Below are positions 9,251-16,998 of a DNA stretch of 64,000 nt, piece by piece (the first letter of the stretch is position 1; every line of letters starts with the position of its first letter). This stretch comes from Deltaproteobacteria bacterium (GTDB lineage: Bacteria > Myxococcota > SpSt-1050 > JACRCP01), in assembly GCA_016218965.1 (NCBI GenBank), contig JACRCP010000150.1:12316-76315 (forward strand), written 5' to 3'. The notes beneath the pieces were generated by a model. It was not told the DNA's origin and made no database searches. It worked only from the letters and a program-made list of their open reading frames with translations. A program made the position numbers and the translations under genes.

Positions 9251-10864
9251 ATGCTCGACAAGATTCGCGAAAAGAAGAGCGGGTGGCTAAGCTGGGCCTT
9301 CACGGCGATGATCATCGTCGCGTTCGTCGCATTCTTCGGGCCGGGGAGTTTCAGGAAGACCCGCAAAGGCTGCGGCATCCAGGCATACGCGGCGAAGGTC
9401 AACGGGCGTCCCGTTTCGATCGAGGACTTCAACTTCGCGTACATGTCGCGCAAGCGCGAGATGGCGATGCGCTCGGGCGGCAAGTTCGACCGCAGCATGG
9501 AGAAGGCCCTGGGCCTCAAGCAGATGGTGGCCGACGAGCTCGTGGACCTCGAGCTCCTCGCGCAGACGGCGGCCGCGCTCGGTCTTGCCGTCGCCGAAGA
9601 CGAGGTCAACGACTCGATCATGGACAACCCCTCGTTCCAGAACCAGGGCAAGTTCGACTACCAGCTCTACAACAGGGTCGTCCGCTACCACTTCCAGATC
9701 TCCCCAAAAAAGTTCGAGGAACGCCAGCGGGCGCGCCTTCTCGCCCAGAGGGTGGTCGAGATGCTCCGCGGCGCCGTGAGAATGAGCGACGACGAGATCT
9801 GGGACGACTACGCGCGCAAGAACGACAAGGTCAACCTCCTCTACGTCGCCTTCGACCCGGCGAAGTTCAAGGGCGGGATCAAGGTCACGGACGACGACGT
9901 GAGCCGGGCCGCAAAAGACGACCGGCCCAAGCTCGAAGCGTATTTCAAGGCCCACGAAAAGGAGTACAACAGCCCCAAGAAGGTGCGCGCGCGCCACATC
10001 CTTGTCAAGGTCGGGAAGGACGCCTCGCCGGGCGAGGTCGAAGAGGCAAAAAAGAAGGCCGAGGGGTTCATTGCGCTTGTCAAGGGAGGGGCGTCTTTCG
10101 AGGATCTCGCGAAGTCCGAGTCGGCGGACCCCGGCTCCAAAGACAAGGGCGGGGACCTCGACTGGTTCGAGCGAGGGCGCATGGTGAGGGAGTTCGATGA
10201 GGCCGTCTTCTCGCTCAAGAAGGGCGAGATGACGCAGGCGCCGGTCAAATCGACGTTCGGTTTCCACGTCATCCGCCTAGACGACATCAAGGAGGCCGTG
10301 GACGTCAAGCTCGACGACGTGCAGGGCGAGATCGCGCGAAAGATGACCGAGGAAGAGAGGTCGCAGGCGGCGGCGCGCGAGGCGGCGGAAAAAGTCGTCG
10401 AAACGCTCAAGACGGGGAAAACCCTTTCCGATCTGTTCCCGCCGTGGGTCGAGCCCCAGCCGGCCGAGCCGGGCAAGGAGGCCCTCCAGGAAGACGACAA
10501 GCTGTTCTTCAAGGAGACCGGCCTCTTTGCGAAGACCGGCAACTACGTGCCCCAGATCGGGCAGTCGGCCGAGATCATCGCAGCCGCCTTTGCGCTCACC
10601 CCCGGCAAGCCCTCGGCAGAAAAGCCGTTTGCGGTCGCGGGCAAGCACTTTGTCGTGGCGCTCAAGGAGCGCCAGACCCCCGACCGCGCGAAGTTCGAGC
10701 AGGAAAAGGACACGTTCCGCTCGCAGATCGCCATGTCCAAGCAGGCCGGCATCGTCACTGAATGGATCAAGTCCCTCCGCGAGAAGGCCTCCGTCGAGGT
10801 CAACCATGACCTGGTCTCGTACACCGGCACGCCCGAGCGCGAGCGCATCTACGACGATATGTGA
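9251..10864 (+). CDS. ppiD: Periplasmic SurA-N/parvulin peptidyl-prolyl isomerase chaperone (PpiD-like)
   Basis: N-terminal MLDKIR + TM, AAKVNG, rotamase motifs VRARHILVK, FEDLAK..S.DPGS..KGGDL.WF..G.MV.EF, KSTFGFHVI; TATAAT at 9197-9202. Confidence 0.85.
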   Translation: MLDKIREKKSGWLSWAFTAMIIVAFVAFFGPGSFRKTRKGCGIQAYAAKVNGRPVSIEDFNFAYMSRKREMAMRSGGKFDRSMEKALGLKQMVADELVDLELLAQTAAALGLAVAEDEVNDSIMDNPSFQNQGKFDYQLYNRVVRYHFQISPKKFEERQRARLLAQRVVEMLRGAVRMSDDEIWDDYARKNDKVNLLYVAFDPAKFKGGIKVTDDDVSRAAKDDRPKLEAYFKAHEKEYNSPKKVRARHILVKVGKDASPGEVEEAKKKAEGFIALVKGGASFEDLAKSESADPGSKDKGGDLDWFERGRMVREFDEAVFSLKKGEMTQAPVKSTFGFHVIRLDDIKEAVDVKLDDVQGEIARKMTEEERSQAAAREAAEKVVETLKTGKTLSDLFPPWVEPQPAEPGKEALQEDDKLFFKETGLFAKTGNYVPQIGQSAEIIAAAFALTPGKPSAEKPFAVAGKHFVVALKERQTPDRAKFEQEKDTFRSQIAMSKQAGIVTEWIKSLREKASVEVNHDLVSYTGTPERERIYDDM

Positions 10865-10874
10865 CGCCTACCAC

Positions 10875-12248
10875 CTACCGCCTCGTCCGTTTCCGCGGCT
10901 TGAACGCGACCTCGACCGGCACGCCGCAGAACCCAAACGCTTCGCGCAAGGCGTTTACCACGTGGCGGCGGTACGAGAAGTGCACCCCCTCGGGGTGATT
11001 GGCGACAAACGTGAACCGCGGCGGGCGGATGCCGGTCTGGGCCGCGTAGTAGAACTTGACCCGTTTTGAGCGGTAGATCGGCGGCGGGAGATCCTCCTGG
11101 ATGGCGCCGACGACCCTGTTGAGATCGGGCGTGGAGACGCGCCTTGTGTAGCTTGCGAATACGCGCCGGGCTTCCGGGAGTATGGCGTCGGTCCCCTCCC
11201 CCGTCCTGGCCGACAGCACCAGCACCTGCGCGTACGCCAGATACTTTAGCGAATGGCGCAACTCGCCCTCGTAGTGTCGCGCGTCCCGCCACGTCCCGGT
11301 CCTGCGGGCCGCGTCCCACTTGTTCGCAAGCAGGACCATCCCCCTGCCCCTCTCGTGCGCGTGCCCGGCGATGCGGGCGTCCTGCTCGGTCACCGGACCG
11401 GTCGCGTCCAGAACCATGAGCACGACGTCGCACCGGCCGATCGCGTCGAATGCCTGTGACACGCAAAGCTTCTCGACGTCGGCGTCTATCGAACGCCTCC
11501 GGCGAATCCCGGCCGTGTCTATGAGAACGTAGCGGCCGTCCCCGGTTTCAAGGGGCGAGTCGACGGCGTCGCGCGTCGTCCCCGGCACGTCGGTCACCAG
11601 CATGCGCTCGCACCCGAGCAGGCGGTTCACAAGCGTCGACTTCCCCGCATTGGGCCTGCCCACCACGGCGAGACGGATGGGAGCCGCTGTTCGGAGTTCG
11701 GCATTCGGCATTCGGCATTCGGAATCCGGAATTTCGGATCCGGCGTCGGTGCAGGCCGGGAGCGCCGCCCGGATGGCCGCCTTCAGCCCGTCGAACCCGC
11801 GGTTGTGCTCGGCGGATACGGGGATCGGATCGCCCAGGCCCAGCTCGTAGAACTGCGGCAGGTCCGTTTCCTCGACAGCCACATGGTCCATCTTGTTGAC
11901 CGCAAGCACAATCGGTTTTCCGTGCGGCCGGAGCAGCCCGGCTATGGTCGAGTCCTGCGGCGTCACGCCGCCCCTGCCGTCGCAGACGAAGATGAGCACG
12001 GCGCTTTCCCGGATGGCCGATTCGACCTGCGCGGCTACGCCCGAAGTGATGGCGTCTTCATCGCCGGCCAGCCCGCCGGTGTCGCAAAGCTCAATCTCGA
12101 CCCCGCCGACGGTCGCGGCGGCGATCTTCCGGTCGCGGGTCACTCCCGGCTGGTCGTGGACCAGCGCCGCGCGCCTGCCTACGAGCCGGTTGAAAAGCGC
12201 CGATTTGCCGACGTTCGGCCGGCCCACGATTGAAACGAAGTGTGTCAC
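10875..12248 (-). CDS. der: Ribosome biogenesis GTPase Der (EngA)
   Basis: Two GTPase domains (GRPNVGKS/PGVTRD/DTGG/NKMD and GRPNAGKS/PGTTRD/DTAG/NKWD) and a KH-like C-terminus; GTG start overlaps the era stop. Confidence 0.96.
   Translation of the reverse strand: MTHFVSIVGRPNVGKSALFNRLVGRRAALVHDQPGVTRDRKIAAATVGGVEIELCDTGGLAGDEDAITSGVAAQVESAIRESAVLIFVCDGRGGVTPQDSTIAGLLRPHGKPIVLAVNKMDHVAVEETDLPQFYELGLGDPIPVSAEHNRGFDGLKAAIRAALPACTDAGSEIPDSECRMPNAELRTAAPIRLAVVGRPNAGKSTLVNRLLGCERMLVTDVPGTTRDAVDSPLETGDGRYVLIDTAGIRRRRSIDADVEKLCVSQAFDAIGRCDVVLMVLDATGPVTEQDARIAGHAHERGRGMVLLANKWDAARRTGTWRDARHYEGELRHSLKYLAYAQVLVLSARTGEGTDAILPEARRVFASYTRRVSTPDLNRVVGAIQEDLPPPIYRSKRVKFYYAAQTGIRPPRFTFVANHPEGVHFSYRRHVVNALREAFGFCGVPVEVAFKPRKRTRR
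11690..11731. repeat. Heptamer tandem repeat (TTCGGCA-type, 6 units) in frame inside der
   Basis: ttcggag ttcggca ttcggca ttcggca ttcggaa tccggaa; falls in the linker between the two GTPase domains. Confidence 0.8.
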
Positions 12249-13198
12249 TCCTGCCTGTCGAAGCAGCCGAGTTTCCTCATCTCGCGTTCGTCGCGCGTCC
12301 AGTTCCTTGACACCGCCGCGCGAAGCATCAGGTGGACCCTCGCGCCGAGGAACCGCTCGGCGGCCTGGCGCGCCGAGATGCCGATCGCCTTGAGCATGGC
12401 CCCGCCCTTTCCGATCACGATCCCCCGCTGGGAGTTCTTCTCGACATGTATGGTCGCGTGAATCCTGACGACGCCCTCTTCGCGGCCAGTTTCGTCAAAC
12501 GACTCGACCACGACCGCCGATGAGTACGGGAGTTCTTCGCGAAGATGCCCGAACAACTCGCCGCGGATGATCTCGGACACGAAAAATTTTTCCGGCAGGT
12601 CGCTCCACTGGTCGGCCGGAAAGAGCCTCTCGGCAGCCGGGAGCAGGCTGCGGATGGCCGCATAGAGGTCATCCACCCCGGCGCCGTCCGCGGCCGACAC
12701 CGGGAAGACCTCCTTGAAAAACCCGCGCCGCGACCACGCATCGGTGAGCGGCAGGAGCGGGCCCTTGTCAGAGAGCAGGTCCGCCTTGTTGAGCACGAGC
12801 AACGCAGGCCGCCCCCCGGCCGCGATTGCCTCGGCGGCCGCAAGATCAACGGTGTCCGCCTCGGCCGGGCGCCGGGCGGCCGCGGCCGCGTCCAGAAGGT
12901 AGACCACGATGTCCGCATCGGCGATCGCGGCACGGGCGGTCTTCATGAGGTACGCGTTCATCCCACGCGCGCCGTCGATGACGCCGGGGGTGTCGAGAAA
13001 GATCACCTGCGTATCGGGGTCGTTGCGGATCCCCGTGATCCGGTTCCGCGTCGTCTGCGGCTTGGGCGTGACGATTGCGACCTCCTCGCCCACCAGCCGG
13101 TTGACAAGCGTGGATTTGCCCGCGTTGGGTCGACCCGCGACCGCCACAAACCCGCACTTGAACGCCGATTTCGCTTCTCTGTCTCTGTTCGTCTTCAT
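12245..13198 (-). CDS. era: GTPase Era
   Basis: GRPNAGKSTL, KPQTTRNRI, DTPG, NKAD, EELPYS and GIVIGKGG (KH). Confidence 0.96.
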   Translation of the reverse strand: MKTNRDREAKSAFKCGFVAVAGRPNAGKSTLVNRLVGEEVAIVTPKPQTTRNRITGIRNDPDTQVIFLDTPGVIDGARGMNAYLMKTARAAIADADIVVYLLDAAAAARRPAEADTVDLAAAEAIAAGGRPALLVLNKADLLSDKGPLLPLTDAWSRRGFFKEVFPVSAADGAGVDDLYAAIRSLLPAAERLFPADQWSDLPEKFFVSEIIRGELFGHLREELPYSSAVVVESFDETGREEGVVRIHATIHVEKNSQRGIVIGKGGAMLKAIGISARQAAERFLGARVHLMLRAAVSRNWTRDEREMRKLGCFDRQE

Positions 13199-13257
13199 GG
13201 AACCGTCCCCAAGCCGGACGGCATCCTACCCCACCGGCCTCGCGCGGACAAGCACGG

Positions 13258-15012
13258 TCATGCGTTTGCGGCGGTGGAGGCGGGCACGACGGCGGGGAGG
13301 CGGACGCGGAAGGTCGTGCCCTCGCCTACGCGCGTTTCAAAGGTGATCTCGCCTTGGTGTTCCTTGATGATGCCGTAACTCACCGACAGGCCCAGGCCGG
13401 TGCCCTGACCCTCGGGCTTCGTCGTAAAGAACGGCTCAAAGACTCTCGCGGCGGCCGCCGGCGGGATGCCCGTGCCGTTGTCGGCGATCTCGAAGACCGC
13501 CGCGCCGCCCTCGGCGCGGCACGAAACGTCCACCCGGAACTTGCGCTGCGCCGCGCCGCCGGACTTCAACGCGGCACACGCCTGGCCCGCGTTGAGGATG
13601 AGGTTGAGCGCCACCTGCTGGATCTGGTTGGCGTTTCCCCACGCCTGGAGCGTCCCCGTGTCGTACGACTCGCCAATTTCGACGCCCATGAGCATCAACT
13701 GGTGCCGGACGAGCTTCGCCGCTCCCGCAAGGACCTCGCCAAGGACGATCGGCCCCTTGGCGCTTCGGTCCTGGCGGGAAAACTTCAGGAGGTCGTCGAT
13801 GATCCCCTTGCAGCGGAGGATCTCGCCCTCGACCGTCTTGAGGTACTCGCCCACCTTCCCTTCCCTGCCGGCGACGCGCTGCGAAAGCTGGACATAGCCA
13901 AGCATGCCTGTCAGCGGGTTCTTGATCTCGTGGGCGATCCCGGCGCCGAGCTGTCCGAAGGCGGCGAGTTTTTCAGCCTGCACGAGCCGCACGTTGGCGT
14001 CTTTGAGAGCGTGTTCGCGGGCCCGGAGCTCGGTGGACATGCGGCTCAAGGCTTCGGCAAGGTCCTCCAGTTCGTCGCGGCTCCAAAGGGCTATCTGCTG
14101 ATCGAAGTTGCCCCGCGATATCTCGGCCGCGGCATTCTCGAGCACCGCAATGGACCTCGTCATCCGGGCGGCAATGACCGTCGAAAGAAGGCCGGCGATC
14201 GCAATTGCTATGGCCGCCACGATGGCGAGGTTCCGCTCGAGGTCGCGCACGGCGCCCAGCACCTTCTCCTCGGGGACGGCGGCGGCAACCACCGCGCCGA
14301 ACCCTGGGACGGCCGAGAACGCGCCGATCAACCGCGGGCCCTCGCCGCCCAGGTTGAACGTGCCGCGCCGCACGGCCGCCGGACGCTGCGTCACTCGCCG
14401 CCGAACCGCCTCCCGCGCCCGCTCATCCGAACGGACGGACGGCATGAGGTCGTGCCCGTCGTCACGGAATACCCACACATCGAAAAGGCCGGCCGGTGGA
14501 AGCGCGGCGTCGGCCCAGGCGGCCATGCACGCGCCACGCACTTCGCCCTCGTATGCCGCCGACATGACGAGGAGGTCGCGGCCGTCCGCCGGGCGCCCGA
14601 CGATCGACCTGCCCCGCCTTTCACCGGGCGCCCCGGGCGCGGCACAGACCCTGGCGGCCGCGGCGCCGCCCGCGGTGATCCGCATGATCTCGCCGGTCGG
14701 GCCGGTCACCGAAAGTTCGGACATGTCGGGTGACGCGCTCACCAGCGCGCGCACGAGGTCCTTCTTCTGCTCGGGCCCAAGCGACGCCGACCCGGCGATC
14801 CCCCGCGCCACGTCCAGGACCTTGAAACGCGCGTCGAGATAGTCGGCAATCTTCCGCGCGTGCGATTCGGCCGCCTCGGCCGCCGTCTCGAATGCGTACG
14901 CCTCCTTGTCGCGGATGAGGTACCCCGAACCGAACGCATACGACAACACGACGGCCAGAAGAGCGATCAGAGCCGATGACAGGAAGAACTTGTATCTGAG
15001 CGGGATCTTCAT
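13258..15012 (-). CDS. Membrane sensor histidine kinase (periplasmic domain-HAMP-HisKA-HATPase)
   Basis: 2 TM, HAMP (SRDELEDLA), H-box [33 protein letters not shown]; start MKIPLRYK in ATGA overlap with the upstream stop. Confidence 0.92.
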   Translation of the reverse strand: MKIPLRYKFFLSSALIALLAVVLSYAFGSGYLIRDKEAYAFETAAEAAESHARKIADYLDARFKVLDVARGIAGSASLGPEQKKDLVRALVSASPDMSELSVTGPTGEIMRITAGGAAAARVCAAPGAPGERRGRSIVGRPADGRDLLVMSAAYEGEVRGACMAAWADAALPPAGLFDVWVFRDDGHDLMPSVRSDERAREAVRRRVTQRPAAVRRGTFNLGGEGPRLIGAFSAVPGFGAVVAAAVPEEKVLGAVRDLERNLAIVAAIAIAIAGLLSTVIAARMTRSIAVLENAAAEISRGNFDQQIALWSRDELEDLAEALSRMSTELRAREHALKDANVRLVQAEKLAAFGQLGAGIAHEIKNPLTGMLGYVQLSQRVAGREGKVGEYLKTVEGEILRCKGIIDDLLKFSRQDRSAKGPIVLGEVLAGAAKLVRHQLMLMGVEIGESYDTGTLQAWGNANQIQQVALNLILNAGQACAALKSGGAAQRKFRVDVSCRAEGGAAVFEIADNGTGIPPAAAARVFEPFFTTKPEGQGTGLGLSVSYGIIKEHQGEITFETRVGEGTTFRVRLPAVVPASTAANA

Positions 15013-16073
15013 TTCCCCAAGGTCTTCCCGATCTCGCCCTCGACCGCCCGGATCTCCCACGAGATCTCGCGCTGAAGCTCTTCGACCGACTTTAGCTCCT
15101 CGATCACGGCGGCGCGTTTCGAAGGGTCACGGATCCCTTCGGCCTGCTTGAGCACCGCCCCAAGGAGCCGGTCCACCTCGGAAAGCGAGGTCCTGATGTC
15201 GCCAAGTTTGGTCCGCAGGACCTTCTCGGCCGCGCCGTCCCTCGCCGCTGCAGCCCGTTCCATTCGCGAGAGCGCATCCATGTTTTTTTTCGAAATCTTC
15301 TCGAGATTGGCCGCGCGTTCCTGGATCGCATCCATCTGGGCCTTCGGGAGCACGGGAGCTTCGGCCTGCTGCACCGCCGCGTGGGGCTTGCGCGGGCGCG
15401 GCTCTTCCTGCGGCTCGGTCCACCGGACGGTGTCGGACGGCCCGGGCGCGGCCACGATCTCGGCCTTGATGACGCGCGGGCCGGCGGCGCCGGACTCCAA
15501 AACGATCGCCTCGCCGGCCGACACGGCGGGGCCGCCCGTACCCTTCGCTGAAACCCGGAACACCAGCAACGAAGACGAACCCTTGACGGGGGCCAGGCGG
15601 GCGGCGCCCTTCCCGTACGTCACGCCGACGCGCGCCCCCGACGGGTCCAGCACCATCCCTGCAAGGTCGCCCTCGAGGAGCGCAATCTCGATCGGCTGCT
15701 CCGCCGCGGGACCCTGCCCGCCCGCGGACTCGCTCAGGACGATGAGGCTCTCCGGCAGAAGGTCAAAGCTCGACCCGTCGCGGAATCTCAACCTGGCCGT
15801 CGCATCGCGGCCGGTCTTGAGCCCGTCGCCGCCAAACAGGCGGTTGCCGACGATGACCTCGGCCCAGCCTATCTCGCCCGACCGCCTGAGAAGACAGGAG
15901 TTCCTCTTGTCGAAGACGTACGAGAGCCACTGCCCTTTGGCGGCAGGCACGGCCCGGTCGCGGGTGCAGGCGGGAAACGCCGCCACGGCGGCGAACACCG
16001 CGGCCGCCGCGCGGAAGGCCGCGGCAGACCGGCGGGGACGACTAACCCGCCACCTCCACCCTGTTCTTTCCAT
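15009..16073 (-). CDS. FecR-domain protein with signal/lipobox and C-terminal coiled coil
   Basis: Ala-rich signal ending FPAC; FecR-like L..GD.LKTG.DATARL.F.DGS; helical C-terminus. Start uncertain. Confidence 0.65.
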   Translation of the reverse strand: MERTGWRWRVSRPRRSAAAFRAAAAVFAAVAAFPACTRDRAVPAAKGQWLSYVFDKRNSCLLRRSGEIGWAEVIVGNRLFGGDGLKTGRDATARLRFRDGSSFDLLPESLIVLSESAGGQGPAAEQPIEIALLEGDLAGMVLDPSGARVGVTYGKGAARLAPVKGSSSLLVFRVSAKGTGGPAVSAGEAIVLESGAAGPRVIKAEIVAAPGPSDTVRWTEPQEEPRPRKPHAAVQQAEAPVLPKAQMDAIQERAANLEKISKKNMDALSRMERAAAARDGAAEKVLRTKLGDIRTSLSEVDRLLGAVLKQAEGIRDPSKRAAVIEELKSVEELQREISWEIRAVEGEIGKTLGK

Positions 16074-16986
16074 TGCTCTTCGCCTTGTACATCGCCTCGT
16101 CGGCCTTCGCGAACAGCTTCTGGTAGTCGTTGCCGTTGCCCGGAAAGCACGCGACCCCCAGCGACGCGGTGGTCCTCAAGACCGCCCCGTCAAGTTCCAG
16201 CCGGATTGCCTCGATCTGCACGCGCACGCGCCCGGCGAGCGCCACCGCGGCCTCCCGCCCGGCCTCGTCGGCGAATATCAGGAACTCGTCGCCGCCGAAA
16301 CGTGCCACGGTGTCGGTGCGCCGGGTCATGGACCTGATGGCCGAAGCCACCTCCTGGATCATCCTGCTTCCCGCCATGTGCCCGTGGGCGTCGTTGATGG
16401 CCTTGAGGTTGTCGAGGTCCAGGATCACAAACGCAAAAGCCCGGCCGTACCGCGCGCTCCGGTCGATCTCCCTCGCGACGTAGTCGTTCATGTAGCGCAT
16501 GTTGAAGAGGCCGGTGAGGTCGTCGGTGACCGAAAGCTTCTCGAGCTTGCGGTTGGCCATCTCGAGCTCGAGGTTTTTCTGGGTGAGCTGGCGGAGCAGC
16601 TCCTCGTTCTGGAGTTTCAAGCGCACGGTGTCGGCGGCGCGGCGTATCGAGCGCTCGAGCATGTCGAGGTCCGAGAAGGGCTTCAGAATGAAATCGTACG
16701 CACCGAACTTGATGGCCGTCAGCGTGTCCTCGATGTGCGCGTTCCCGGTCATGATGATCACTTCGAAAGCCCCCCCCCGCTCCTTGAACGTGCGAAGGAG
16801 GTCGAAGCCCGACTGGTTGGGCATGTGAATGTCGAGCAGGATGACGTTGGGGTTCGTCGTTTCGAACAGGGCGAGCCCCTCGCGCGGGTCCCCGGCCGAC
16901 GCCACCTTGAACTCCCCGACCGTGGCCATGAAGTCCGAAAGGAAGCTCCGGATGGTCGGCTCGTCATCGATTATCAGGACGTTCAT
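16042..16986 (-). CDS. Response regulator diguanylate cyclase (REC-GGDEF)
   Basis: IIDDE, LLDIHMP phosphoacceptor, DDLTGL, DLDNLK.IND..GH..G, I-site RRTD and intact GGDEF. Confidence 0.95.
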   Translation of the reverse strand: MNVLIIDDEPTIRSFLSDFMATVGEFKVASAGDPREGLALFETTNPNVILLDIHMPNQSGFDLLRTFKERGGAFEVIIMTGNAHIEDTLTAIKFGAYDFILKPFSDLDMLERSIRRAADTVRLKLQNEELLRQLTQKNLELEMANRKLEKLSVTDDLTGLFNMRYMNDYVAREIDRSARYGRAFAFVILDLDNLKAINDAHGHMAGSRMIQEVASAIRSMTRRTDTVARFGGDEFLIFADEAGREAAVALAGRVRVQIEAIRLELDGAVLRTTASLGVACFPGNGNDYQKLFAKADEAMYKAKSNGKNRVEVAG

Positions 16987-16998
16987 GCTTTGCGTGCG

